DNA of 64,000 bases from an uncultured delta proteobacterium (GCA_963755715.1 CAVWLW010000059.1:1-64000), one strand, 5' to 3'. Positions 20,373 to 31,011 are shown, numbered from the stretch's first letter. Notes: a model not told the origin generated them from the letters alone. A program made the numbers and translations.

Positions 20373-20925
20373 GCTTTCAGATCCTATCATAAACGTCAGG
20401 GAAAATTCATCAGAGCTGACCCATCAGCACCCGCAGTGGGCGGTCGTGGCTCGACCCTGTGCAAGTCATCACGGCCCAGGCAAGTAACGCCTGGTGTCTT
20501 GTAGAATTTTATCGAATGATAGCGGCGGCGCGCATGGTTTGTTTGTAGGATTACTTAGCTTTTTTTTTCGGGTTTTGGCGGTTGAGTTTGAAAGGCCCAT
20601 TTATCACTTCCGCTACCGTTTCTCGGGCTAAGCGGCTAATGGAATTCCTTTTGGGCGGGAAGACTAATGGCTGACCTATAGCCCAGTCGGTCTTGTTTCG
20701 GTTCGACTTTCTGGTTCTTCTCTTCGCTTTTCTTGCCATAACATCAGAATAGATATTTCCCGGAGCGAGTTCAATTTGGCGACTTTTCCCATGCCGAAGC
20801 GCTGTAGATTTCCCATAACGACATCACCAGCGGGCTTTTGTAGCCGTCCAACTGGAGTCACGCCGGATGCGACACTGGATCAGAAAGACGCTCAAAGCGC
20901 ATAATTACTACCTTATACATCTTTG

Positions 20926-21234
20926 TCATGTCTGTGGAATACGGACTCCTCCCGTAACCGCATTGTTGCGGCTGAGAATATTCACCGCGTCTGATGCGCG
21001 TTCGTCGGCTTCGACGATAATCAGGACCTGCCCAGAACTAAGGTCGGGCAAGCTGGGAATTTCATCCCCCGCTAGGGCTTGTGCGTGAGCCTCCTCAACA
21101 AAACTTTTCTGCTCGGTTTCATCGTGCATCGCAACGAGAATCGATCTGTCGGTAAAGCCGGCGCCCTTTAATTCCTCAATGGCTTTTTTGGCGGCCTCGC
21201 GATCGTGAAGTAAGCCTGTCACTTTAAGCTGCAT
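20926..21234 (-). CDS. hypothetical protein, general-stress-protein-like
   Basis: GGAGGTG RBS; VTGLLHDREAAKKAIEELKGAGF pattern. Confidence 0.7.
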   Translation of the reverse strand: MQLKVTGLLHDREAAKKAIEELKGAGFTDRSILVAMHDETEQKSFVEEAHAQALAGDEIPSLPDLSSGQVLIIVEADERASDAVNILSRNNAVTGGVRIPQT

Positions 21235-21279
21235 TGAGCACCTCCCAGGGTTTAATTATTCTTGTCCCGTTAAAGAGAG

Positions 21280-21296
21280 AGCAAGTTTGGTGCCCA
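21280..21296 (-). promoter_or_regulatory. putative sigma-54 promoter
   Basis: TGGGCACCAAACTTGCT (GG-N10-GC) about 45 nt upstream of ATG 21234. Confidence 0.55.
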
Positions 21297-21641
21297 AAGC
21301 AGAAACAACTTTTAGGTTTGGGGCGCGATCTTTAATGCAATAAAAACATGGAGATGTTTTTGGATGGACGCGTTTGAGGTCTAGCAACGATTTCTATCTG
21401 TGTAGACAATATTCTACGAACTGTAGATAAACTCCGACGAAAGAGTTGTTGACAAGCTGGAGTCACGGTGTGCAAGCTACTCGTGAGTTACTGCGTTGAA
21501 TTGCGACACTCGGCCATCTCGTCAAAGCAATCGAAATATTCAGGCCGGAATTTGAGGCAGAGGGAAATTCAAACCACCGTATCCGTAAGATGCGTCATGG
21601 GCATCCAGCATTGCATCGACGGAAGAGAGGTAAGTGCCAGC

Positions 21642-22301
21642 ATGAAGGCTAGTATTTTTCTTGTTTTTGCAGCTCTACTCAGCGCATGCTCTACGTTCGC
21701 TCCCGGACGTGACGGCATGCAGGGAGATGTTGATCAAGCCGTGGCGATCATTGAACGCTTCGACGCGATTCCGGAGAAGGCAATTCCGCCGGCGGTAATG
21801 CGCGCAGCAAGAGGCGTAGCCATCCTGACCGTTACGAAAGTCGGATTTATTGGCAGTGTCAGAGGCGGGACTGGCGTTGTCGTTTCGCGAGTCGACAAGG
21901 GCTGGAGCGGTCCGTCGGCAATCGGTACGGGCGGGCTCGGCGCCGGCCTTCAGGCTGGGGCTGAGATCGCTGAGCTTGTAATTGTCCTCAACACTCCAGC
22001 AGCCGTCGACGCGTTTGCTAAAGGGGGAAACGTCACGCTCAGCGCCGCCGCGGGCGCAGCGGCGGGTCCTGTGGGACGTACCGCCGAGGCCGGTGTCGCC
22101 CCGCAGGCGGCTATGTATACTTACAGCCGCAGCCAGGGCCTTTTCGCCGGCATCTCCTTGGAAGGTACGGTAATCGGCACTCGGGACGAGGCCAATGCGG
22201 AGTATTACGGTAACCCGGTCGCGGCGAGAGACATTCTCTCAGGCAAGGTACAGCCACCGGCGGGTGCGAAGAAGTTGCAGCAGGCTCTATCGAAGCACTG
22301 A
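21642..22301 (+). CDS. Ysc84/SYLF-domain lipoprotein
   Basis: Lipobox LSAC; GWSGPSAI, AGPVGRTAEA and YSRSQGLFAGISLEG motifs. Confidence 0.9.
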   Translation: MKASIFLVFAALLSACSTFAPGRDGMQGDVDQAVAIIERFDAIPEKAIPPAVMRAARGVAILTVTKVGFIGSVRGGTGVVVSRVDKGWSGPSAIGTGGLGAGLQAGAEIAELVIVLNTPAAVDAFAKGGNVTLSAAAGAAAGPVGRTAEAGVAPQAAMYTYSRSQGLFAGISLEGTVIGTRDEANAEYYGNPVAARDILSGKVQPPAGAKKLQQALSKH

Positions 22302-22903
22302 GCCCAGTCAAAGTTTTTCTTCCATCACACACGCCAGAGATTCTACGATCGGAGAAATGATTAGGTCTCGCTAGGGCCACATAACGCCTGTCAAAAATGC
22401 CGAGCGCATTTCGCAGGGAAAACTGGCATGGAAGCCGCTCGCTGAGGCCTCCGGCGCAACACCGACAGCGCAAACGCTGGCGGCGCCGGAACCAAAGAAA
22501 AATCCCGAACAAGAAAGTGAAAGCGGACTTGCTGGACCGCCGTTTTAAGCGCCGAGATCGGCGCGGAGCTGAAGCGGGATAGGTGCGCTTCTGAACATCT
22601 AATTTTCACCGCAAACGTGGCAACACAGATTTCGTCATTACTCCGCGGTGATGCAGGGCTGTTCGGCAGCATTAGGTTTTACCACTAGACTCGTGCCGGC
22701 GGACGGTTTCCGTCCGCGGTTTTCGCTGAGCTCGTTAGCCCCTGACATTGATCTGATTTCGCCCCCGACCTAATTCAGTTTTTACTTTTTCCCAGGTCAA
22801 GACCTACCCATTTGGCCGATACCGACCGCACTTAGAAATGTTTATGTTTAATGGAGGCGGAATTCGGTGTTCCGACTGAATTAGAAATACTGGAGGATTC
22901 CAA

Positions 22904-23848
22904 ATGGAAAGCATATCCGAACCTGAAATTACGTTGAACGCTTTGTCGCGTGATCTGGCTCATGTCATCGAGCAAGTCAGTCCATCTGTGGTCGCAGTTA
23001 ACGCCCGGCGTCATTTGTCTTCGAGCGGCGTTTATTGGCGTGACGGCATCATCGTCACGGCTGCTCACACGATAAGACGGACTGACGACATTTCCATAAT
23101 CTTGACAAGTGGCCGAACGGTCGCGGCAGAGCTGGCAGGTGTTGATCCGAGTACGGATCTAGCTCTGCTTAAAATTGACAATGCAGAACTTTCTCCACCG
23201 CTTTTTGGCGACACTTCACAGATCAAGGTAGGTCATTTAATTCTAGCTATCGGCCGTGGTGCACAGAAAGGTCTTAACGCGACTCTGGGTATTGTGGGTG
23301 TTTTGAGCGGTAGCTGGCGTACCTGGCGTGGCGGACTCATCGATCAATACGTCGGTTTGGACCTCGCGCTCCACCCTGGCGCAGCGGGTGGTCCGCTGAC
23401 AGATTCACGCGGCCGTGTCTTGGGTATCAATAGCTTAGGGTTGTCAAGAAATATCGCGTTAACCATTCCTGTTTCTACAGTGAATCGTGTAGTCACACAT
23501 CTATTGGAAAAGGGACACATGAGCATGGGGTATCTTGGCCTGGGTATGCGCCCCATGCCGCTTCCGGAAAACTTGAAGAGCGCGCTGAACTTATCTGGAG
23601 ATTCCGGATTAATCGTTGTGAGCGTCGAGCCAGAGGGGCCCGGTGACAAGGCCGGTGTGCTATTCGGTGATGTGATAGTAGCTCTCGAAGGCAGAGCCGT
23701 GAGTAACATTCGTGACTTGCAAGCCTTTCTCGAACCAGAATCTGTGGGCAAAAGAGTACCGGTATCGATAATCCGGGGTGGCAAAACTATTGAGGTCAAC
23801 ATTACGATCGGTGCGCGGAGACAAAAGATAACTGAGACGAGCGAGTAA
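22904..23848 (+). CDS. HtrA-like trypsin plus PDZ protein lacking the catalytic Ser
   Basis: TAAH and TDLALL retained; PGAAGGPL replaces GxSGGPL; PDZ begins at GYLGL. Confidence 0.85.
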   Translation: MESISEPEITLNALSRDLAHVIEQVSPSVVAVNARRHLSSSGVYWRDGIIVTAAHTIRRTDDISIILTSGRTVAAELAGVDPSTDLALLKIDNAELSPPLFGDTSQIKVGHLILAIGRGAQKGLNATLGIVGVLSGSWRTWRGGLIDQYVGLDLALHPGAAGGPLTDSRGRVLGINSLGLSRNIALTIPVSTVNRVVTHLLEKGHMSMGYLGLGMRPMPLPENLKSALNLSGDSGLIVVSVEPEGPGDKAGVLFGDVIVALEGRAVSNIRDLQAFLEPESVGKRVPVSIIRGGKTIEVNITIGARRQKITETSE

Positions 23849-23860
23849 GGTAAGTCTCGC

Positions 23861-24496
23861 GTGATACGTGTTCTTATAGGAGCAAGGTCCGAAGTCGTAC
23901 GAGCAGGACTGACGTCTCTGCTGACTGCGGACCCTAGGTTCCAAGTCGTTGGAACTTTCTCGATCGACGATTTGACTCGGGTTGAGGATTTACAACCGGA
24001 AGTTGTGCTTTTGGATCTGGATTCTCCATCGGATGAGTCATTGTTGGCCGCGATCCAATCGGGCGGCGCTCTCGTTAATTCGTCCCTAATGATCCTAACC
24101 GAGGATCCAGAGAGCTTGGCAGTTGATGTCCTGGGCTCAGGCTTGCGCGCAATACTACCGCGATATGCGACGCCTGAAGAAATTATTGCTGCGATTCAAG
24201 CAGCCGCAACAGGGCTAGTTGCGTTACATCCGGACATTTTTGACTCCATGCTGTCCCGAATTCGTTCCGGGCAACAATCGGAACTCGATCCTTCGGGTCA
24301 GATTCTTACTCCGCGAGAGATTGAAGTACTGCGTATGATCGCCGACGGACTGGGTAACAAGGAGATCGCATCGAAACTCAGCATTTCGGATCATACGGTC
24401 AAATTTCACATCAGTTCAATCTTCGCCAAACTTGGCGCTTCCAATCGCGCCGAGGCCGTGACTCTCGGCATTCGACACGGATTAATTATGGTATAG
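23861..24496 (+). CDS. NarL/LuxR family response regulator
   Basis: VVLLD receiver motif; LTPREIEVL...GNKEIA...TVKFHISSIFAKL HTH. Confidence 0.92.
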   Translation: MIRVLIGARSEVVRAGLTSLLTADPRFQVVGTFSIDDLTRVEDLQPEVVLLDLDSPSDESLLAAIQSGGALVNSSLMILTEDPESLAVDVLGSGLRAILPRYATPEEIIAAIQAAATGLVALHPDIFDSMLSRIRSGQQSELDPSGQILTPREIEVLRMIADGLGNKEIASKLSISDHTVKFHISSIFAKLGASNRAEAVTLGIRHGLIMV

Positions 24497-24539
24497 ATAA
24501 AGGCGGCGGCTTGGGCGAATCCTAGCGAAAGGAGGAGAA

Positions 24540-25223
24540 GTGAGTTCACTTCTTGCGGCGGCGATATTTTTCCTCGGCATTCATTTTTTTATCTCGGGCA
24601 CTGCACTGCGCGGTAAGATCGTTGGGTTGATCGGCGAAGGACCGTTCCGAGGCGTGTTTTCGCTGATGTCATTGATCGGAATCATCTGGCTATGTCGGGC
24701 CTACGGCCAGGCTGAATACATTCAGCTTTGGGGAAAGCCGTATATGATTCGACCAGTCGCACTGATCGTGATGTTGGCGGCCTTTTTCTTTGTTGCGCTC
24801 GCGTTCACATCGCCGAATCCAACCGCCGTTGGAGGTGGCGTTTTCCTGGCTGAGAGCGAACCGGCCAAGGGTATCCAACGTATTACCCGCCATCCTTTTC
24901 TGTGGGGCGTCGGTCTTTGGTCCCTTACTCATTTGACACTTAATGGCGATCTCGCCTCTGTGGTTTTCTTTGGCAGCTTTCTGATCTTGGCGGTGGGAGG
25001 ACCTTTTTCGATCGATCGAAAACGCAAGAAAGCTTTCGGCGATGCCTGGAATCGATTCGCCTCCCTGACCTCGAACGTCCCCTTTTTTGCAATCATCAAG
25101 GGCCGCAACTCACTACAAATCGGCGAGATTGGCTGGTGGCGTGCGATTTTGGCGGTCATTCTCTATGGTTTGTTTCTTCACTTTCACAAAAAGCTTTTCG
25201 GCGTCTCGCCGCTGCCGGCGTAA
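24540..25223 (+). CDS. nnrU: NnrU family membrane protein
   Basis: GIQRITRHPFLWG, NGDLAS and TSNVPF motifs; AGGAG RBS. Confidence 0.85.
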   Translation: MSSLLAAAIFFLGIHFFISGTALRGKIVGLIGEGPFRGVFSLMSLIGIIWLCRAYGQAEYIQLWGKPYMIRPVALIVMLAAFFFVALAFTSPNPTAVGGGVFLAESEPAKGIQRITRHPFLWGVGLWSLTHLTLNGDLASVVFFGSFLILAVGGPFSIDRKRKKAFGDAWNRFASLTSNVPFFAIIKGRNSLQIGEIGWWRAILAVILYGLFLHFHKKLFGVSPLPA

Positions 25224-25578
25224 GCAGGACAGCAAAATGAATGCGTCGATCAGTTCGGGATTCTACGTACTACCACCGCCGCTCGGTTCATCTTGAGAAG
25301 TGAACACTGTTACCTCCTGCTGATCCTTTGAAGGACGCGAGGCAGGAATCCTGGTAGGAACGATTCAGGGCGTGTTCCGGCTGGCTCTCGGCCCGCCCCG
25401 CGAATCCGAGTAGCGGCCCGTAACGGTTGTCCGTTCTAAACGGACATCAAGGCCGCCGTCGGCGGCAAAGCCGGTCTCTCGCGGGAGAAGATCGAGGCTG
25501 CACTCGGCAACAGGGAGTCCAGCCCCTTGTCTGAGCGGGAGCGAATCACCTTCGGCATCGCTCTCCCGCCCAATTGAC

Positions 25579-25941
25579 CTACGTGGTTCCACTTTTCTGC
25601 GGATAAAGAATACAGCGAATGTTCTCGTCCTTGATTTCCCCGTTGGGATTAATGTAGCAAACCCACGTGCGGCTGCTCGGCACCGGCGAGAACTTTTCCT
25701 TTTCAACGGCAATATCGACGCCTTCTATGTCCACCGATATTGTCTTTTCGTTCTCCGTCTTCTTGAGGACGTTGACAGCTTGCGGAAAGCAGTCTCCCTC
25801 ACGGCAGCATTCCTTCCAGATTGGCAGCTTCTCTAATTCCGGTTCTCCGACGTCGTGACCCCACAGCCGGATTTCAGGCCCGTAAAATAGAGCCACGACG
25901 AACACGCCGTACCTGACCACGCATGTCAGTTTAGATTTCAT
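25579..25941 (-). CDS. small Cys-rich exported hypothetical protein
   Basis: Hydrophobic N-terminus; ECCREGDC...WVCY...IRCI. Confidence 0.6.
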   Translation of the reverse strand: MKSKLTCVVRYGVFVVALFYGPEIRLWGHDVGEPELEKLPIWKECCREGDCFPQAVNVLKKTENEKTISVDIEGVDIAVEKEKFSPVPSSRTWVCYINPNGEIKDENIRCILYPQKSGTT

Positions 25942-26088
25942 ATCTTCAGCCTAAAGACAAAATTGTCAGGACCCAAGACCTCACAACAAACTAGCGAAAT
26001 TTTCAGATGAAATTTTGGCCACTCGGTTGTAGAGAAGCTTTCTTAAAAGATTTCCTGTTGAGACTGGGTAAAATCTATGTGAAGTATG

Positions 26089-26241
26089 TGAGAACGCGCA
26101 AAGATCTGTCGCCGCCGAGTCTCGTGGAAAAGATTTTGTGCGACAACCCGAAAACGTTTTACGGGATATGACGCAACTCGAAGAAATGGAGCTTCTTGAT
26201 TCAGACTCGGAAGCAAACGGGAACGTTGGTGACTAGCGTTG
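26089..26241 (+). repeat. direct repeat copy B (amidohydrolase 3'-end remnant)
   Basis: Diverged copy of 19800..19950; encodes PPSLVEKILCDNPKTFYGI*. Confidence 0.85.
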
Positions 26242-26285
26242 AGGTCGCTGGCATCCGCAGTCGTCTATTTAGAAAGCGTCGGGCT

Positions 26286-26375
26286 GAGTTCGTGATCAAT
26301 CTCAAGGCGGCGAAGCAGATCGGCCTGACGATTCCGGCCAACGTGCTGGCGCGGGCGGATAAAGTTATTCGATAA
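26286..26375 (+). pseudogene. C-terminal remnant of an ABC substrate-binding protein
   Basis: EFVINLKAAKQIGLTIPANVLARADKVIR*, nearly the same as the end of 26533..27534. Confidence 0.85.
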
Positions 26376-26532
26376 TGCCGGGAAACCAAACTGCGACGCC
26401 AGGATTGAATTGAATTCTCCTTCAGTTCAATCTCGGGCTAAAAGTCTTCTTCCATCACTCGACGAATCTTTGTCACCTTCTATCGTAATTCTCACCTTCC
26501 TCTACTTCCGCCCGCATGATACATAACGAATC

Positions 26533-27534
26533 GTGTATGCAATGAAGAAAGCTCGTGTTTTATCAATCCTGTTGGTGGTGGTCCTGGTTGCTGTTGCAGT
26601 CATAGCCGCGCAGCCGCCGGAGCAAAAGGTCTATCGGATCGGCGTTCTCCGATCCGACACGCCATCGATTTTTGCTACACGTAACGAGGCTTTCCGTCAG
26701 GGTCTGCACGAACTCGGCTATGTGGAGGGGAAAAATATTGTCATTGAATATCGATATGCGGAAGGCAAGCTTGATCGGCTTCCCCTGCTCGCTGCCGAAC
26801 TGGTTGACCACAAAATCGATGTCATTGTAACTGGGGGTAATCAGGCCACTCTCGCCGCTAAGCAAGCGACCAGCACGATCCCAATCGTTGTCGGATCCGC
26901 TGGCAACCTTGTCCAGCTTGGAGTCGTCGCTAGCCTGGCTCACCCTGGCGGGAATGTCACTGGTTCGACGAGCATCTCTCCGGATCTTAGGAGGGAGCGA
27001 CTGAGGATATTGAAGGAAAGTCTGCCGAAGGTTTCGCGGGTAGCAGTTATTTCATATCGTCGAAGCGATGCCTTTCGCGACCGAGAAGAAGCCGCACGGA
27101 CGGAAATTGCGGCGAAGGCCTTGGGGATAACAATCCAACCTGTCCAAGTCGAAGCTCTGGACGAGTTTCGCGACGCCTACGCCGCGATCCAGAAAGACCA
27201 TGCCGACGCGCTAGTCATACTCCAGAGCAGTTTCACGTTCATTAATCGCAACCAGATCTTTGACTTCGCAAAGAAAAGGCACCTCGCATCGATGTGCGAG
27301 GCATTGTTGTGGACGGAGAACGGTTGCCTGATGTCCTACGGGCCCGACTTGCCATCTCAATATCACCGTGCCGCCTTCTTCGTCGATAAGATTCTCAAGG
27401 GCACCCATCCAGGCGACATCCCGGTGGAGTCGCCGACAAAGTTTGACTTCATTATTAACCTGAAAGCAGCAAAGCAGATCGGCCTGGCGATCCCGCCGAA
27501 CGTGCTGGCGAGAGCGGATAGGGTGATCAAGTAA
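26533..27534 (+). CDS. ABC transporter substrate-binding protein (ABC_sub_bind type)
   Basis: FRQGLHELGYVEGKNIVIEYRYAEG, SLAHPGGNVTG and LMSYGPD motifs. Confidence 0.92.
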   Translation: MYAMKKARVLSILLVVVLVAVAVIAAQPPEQKVYRIGVLRSDTPSIFATRNEAFRQGLHELGYVEGKNIVIEYRYAEGKLDRLPLLAAELVDHKIDVIVTGGNQATLAAKQATSTIPIVVGSAGNLVQLGVVASLAHPGGNVTGSTSISPDLRRERLRILKESLPKVSRVAVISYRRSDAFRDREEAARTEIAAKALGITIQPVQVEALDEFRDAYAAIQKDHADALVILQSSFTFINRNQIFDFAKKRHLASMCEALLWTENGCLMSYGPDLPSQYHRAAFFVDKILKGTHPGDIPVESPTKFDFIINLKAAKQIGLAIPPNVLARADRVIK

Positions 27535-27760
27535 GCGAAGAAAGCGAAGCGACGATTCTAGGATTGAATTGAATTCTCCGAGCGTTCCAAGGCGGATCTC
27601 TAGCGTATGCTTCCGGTCAGACTTCCTACCGTAGACGATGTACCGAGAAAGCCCATCGCAATTCGGTTAGACGCGAAAGTCTTGAGCCGGTCGCGCCAGC
27701 TATTCTTAAACGACTGGAACGTTTTGAACGCTTGGAACGACTGGAACCGTCCCATCTCAT

Positions 27761-28918
27761 TCAAGCCCCATCCACGTGCCCTTGCAGAAGTTCGGCCTGC
27801 CAGCGCAATAGTCTCCCGCTTTCCATAATCTCATCGACGGTCCGAGGCCGGCTCCGGGCGATGGCCTCGAGCGCGGCTTTAGGCGCCAAAGTCGAAGCGG
27901 CGATCCCCAGCTCTTTGGCGATGCGCGCGCATGCACCACGCAGCGCGTCGATCCGTTTCAAGCACTCGGCGCTTGGAGCCTCGACTCGTTCGCGTCGTCT
28001 CAGCTCCGGCCACTGCGCCTGGGACATCTCAGCCGCCCGGGTGATCGACTCTTCGAGTGTCGTCAGCAATGAGCCGCGAATATTTCGCGGCAGCTTAGGT
28101 CCTTGTTGCAGCCGCACGCCAGGGTGAGACTCCGCCCACGCGATGAGTTCCAATATTTGTTGATTGCCAAAGACCTTGAAAGGCGGCTGGTTCGCGCGTC
28201 TCGCATGCTCATCGCGCCAAAGCCAGAGTTCTCGCAGATAGGCCAGTTGGCGGCGGGTCAGCCGCCCGGTTCCTTTGATTCGCCAAGCATCGTCGGGGTC
28301 GCGTGACTTATCACGGCCCGTCGACTCCACCATCGCTCGGCAACTTTCCACGTGCCATTCGAGTCGGCTCCGTTCGCTCAGCTCGCGAGCCAAACAGTCG
28401 GCGAGCGGTGCGAGAAAGCGCGTGTCGTTGACCGCATAGCTGAGTTGCTTCTCGCTCAGCGGTCGGTGCGACCAGTCGGACTTCTGCCCTGCTTTTTCAA
28501 TCGTAACGCCAAAGTATTTCTCGATGAGCGCAGCCAGCCCGATCTGCTCGATGCCGAGCAATTGCGCCGCAATCATGGTGTCGAAAACTTCACGGCGCGC
28601 TCTGAAACCCAAAGACGTTCGCATCATGCGTAGATCGTAGTCGCCTCCGTGCAGAATCAGCGGCTTCACGGCCAACGCTTCCAAGAATCCGCTCAGGTCC
28701 AGCCCAGCGAGAGGATCGACGAGATAGTGTTCCTCTCCCAGTGAGAGTTGGATCAAACAAACCTTTTCGAAATAGTTGTGCAGACTGTCAGCCTCGGTGT
28801 CCACCGCGACCCTTTCAGCCGCGCCGATGCGCTCGATCAGCGCTTCCATCGCAGCGCGTTCGCGAACATAAACGTAATTCTCAGACTCCGGCGTATTCAA
28901 CGAATAGATCTCTTTCAT
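27761..28918 (-). CDS. rnd: ribonuclease D (DEDD exonuclease plus HRDC domains)
   Basis: AVDTEAD, CLIQLS, FDTMIAA, SDWSHRPL and YAVND motifs. Confidence 0.9.
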   Translation of the reverse strand: MKEIYSLNTPESENYVYVRERAAMEALIERIGAAERVAVDTEADSLHNYFEKVCLIQLSLGEEHYLVDPLAGLDLSGFLEALAVKPLILHGGDYDLRMMRTSLGFRARREVFDTMIAAQLLGIEQIGLAALIEKYFGVTIEKAGQKSDWSHRPLSEKQLSYAVNDTRFLAPLADCLARELSERSRLEWHVESCRAMVESTGRDKSRDPDDAWRIKGTGRLTRRQLAYLRELWLWRDEHARRANQPPFKVFGNQQILELIAWAESHPGVRLQQGPKLPRNIRGSLLTTLEESITRAAEMSQAQWPELRRRERVEAPSAECLKRIDALRGACARIAKELGIAASTLAPKAALEAIARSRPRTVDEIMESGRLLRWQAELLQGHVDGA

Positions 28919-29383
28919 TGGGTGCAAGCCGCATAGTGCCCACAGAAATTACCAGGCCACGACCTAATCATTTATCGAATTGATGGGAAGATGGAATTGA
29001 AAAGGGATCAAGCGCTTTGCCCAAAATCTTTCACAATGATCAAATAACTTGAGCAAATATGTCCTCAGATGTATGAACCATCAAGTGCTTCTCGAAAGAT
29101 TGTTAAGATTGGGATTGTTATGCCCGACCCCCCGGCGCCCGCCCTTCCTCAAGAAACTGAAACTGACTTGCAGCCTTGCCGACCTGAAACAGATAATCAT
29201 CGAGCGTTGACATATGGTTACCTCCGTGACGGAATATACCTGAAAGCACCTCATTGTGCATTGTCCACTTCACAGCTTGGCTGACTGTTTACCTTGCGCT
29301 AAAACAATGGGCCAAGCCGTGAAGCTTGACCCATCGTTTTGAGTCGCAAATCCTGCATTCTGCGACCTGAACGGAGCGATAAT

Positions 29384-29725
29384 ATGCCCCTTTCAAGTGA
29401 ACGAATTAAGAAATATCGGCGTTGGTTCGGCTGGACTTTTGTGGCATCACTGTTGGTTACAATGGGACTGGCAACGACATGGGCAGAGACCAAGCTGTTC
29501 ACGACCGCGGAGCTAGTGGCTATGGTAACTTCTTTCATGACGTTTTTCGGATTTGTGGCAACAACAATTATAACGTGGAGGAAGGAACGTCGAGAGAGTA
29601 ATCACGCAGCAATTGACCTCGAGAAAAAGAAATTAGAGCTTGAGAAGCTGCGCGAGGAGATCACTGCTAAAAACGCCGCAGCTCAAAACAAAAGAAAGAT
29701 GACTAAGCGGAGGCGCGGCGTTTAA
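29384..29725 (+). CDS. hypothetical membrane protein with coiled-coil tail
   Basis: Two hydrophobic segments followed by WRKERRE...LEKKKLELEKLR. Confidence 0.6.
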   Translation: MPLSSERIKKYRRWFGWTFVASLLVTMGLATTWAETKLFTTAELVAMVTSFMTFFGFVATTIITWRKERRESNHAAIDLEKKKLELEKLREEITAKNAAAQNKRKMTKRRRGV

Positions 29726-29766
29726 AAACAAAACCGTAGGTGTCGATGGGCAGGAATGCGATGCTG

Positions 29767-30844
29767 CTACAGACCGTAAAGCTTGCGTGGATTATCCGAC
29801 AGCATCTTCTCGACCATGCGCGGCGATAAATCCTTTCGCTCGCGAAACTCCGCCACCATATCTTCCTGGCGCGACGGATCGCCGTGCGGATAGTCGGAGC
29901 CGAGCACGAAAGAATCCTCGCCGATGATCCCGGCAATACCGCTCAGGTCTTCATCGGGTTCGGCGGTGACGAACACTCGGCCGGTTTTAAAATATTCGAT
30001 CGGGTCTTTGGCTTTTTTCTGCCTGGCGTTGTCGCGGCGCACTTGTTTAATTAAGAATGGAATCCAAGCCGCGCCCGCTTCCAAGAATGCGAAGCGCAGA
30101 TTGGGGATCTTCTCGAACGCCGCCGAGCTCATGATGCTGTTGAAGCCCATGACCACCGGCAGGATCGCGCTGTAGAAATTGGTCGAAGCGTCGAAGATAT
30201 CCGTCAGCGCCGGGCAACCCCAACCGAGATGCACGCAGATCGGCAGATTCAAATCAGCCGCCGCTTGATAGAACGGAAACAGGCTTTCATCGCCGAGCAG
30301 CTTGTCCCACGCCATCCCCTGCAGCATTACCGCGGCGGCGCCGATCTTCGCATGCGCGCTTGATCTCTTTGATCGATTCCTCGATATCGCGGATCGGCAC
30401 CAGCGCCGCGAAGCGAATCCGGTTTTTCGAAGCCGTCGCGCATTCGCCGAGAAAACTATTGTAGGCGCGCAGCAGCGCCGCTTCTAAGCGCAAGTCTTCT
30501 GAAGTGACCGTCAAGAAGAGGCTTGGAAACACGACCTGGGTGTCGATCTTCACCTTGTCCATATCGCGAATCCGCGCCGCGACATCGGTCAATTCCTGCG
30601 CGCCGATGCTCTCGCGTTTGAGCGAAGCGGCTTCCATGATCGTCGGCGTGCGAAAAATCGTGCCGCCTTTGCCCATGAGTTTCGGGTAAGTCTCGCCGTC
30701 GATCAGCCAGACCGCGTTGTATTTTCCATACACCGTGTCCGTGGCGAAACGCACCGGCAGCGGCCGGCGCGGCCGGAACTCCTTGTCCAACCGATCGAAC
30801 ATCGCCTCGGATTCTTCCACGTGAGCATCGGCATCGATGATCAT
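29767..30844 (-). CDS. amidohydrolase_2 family protein, frameshifted near 30350
   Basis: N-half (IIDADAH) in 30287..30844 and C-half (CVHLG, LEAG, GSDYPH) in 29767..30327. Confidence 0.85.
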
Positions 30845-30902
30845 ATTTAATTACTCCCTCGGGGATGGTTGAAATCCCTTGCCTTCAGGCGAAATGAAAG
30901 TT

Positions 30903-31011
30903 CGTCATGCCGGCCCTTCGTCAGGTCTCAGGATAAACTCCCGCCGACATCCAGGTTCGATTTGAGTTCGAGATCGAAAATCGCCTGGATTCCGGCTTCA
31001 GCCGGAATGAC
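30903..31011. repeat. REP-like element, CGTCATNCCGGC...GCCGGAATGAC family (also 40476-40557, 47222-47305)
   Basis: Shared arms with internal ATCCAG/CTGGATTCCGG inverted repeat. Confidence 0.8.

Noticed and set aside
21598-21615. Sigma-54-like TGGGCATCCAGCATTGCA before the SYLF gene
   Set aside because: GG-to-GC spacing is 11 rather than 10.
27635-27695. PRKPIAIRLDAKVL, resembling a BrnA-type antitoxin
   Set aside because: Only about 15 residues, with no start or toxin partner; at most a remnant.
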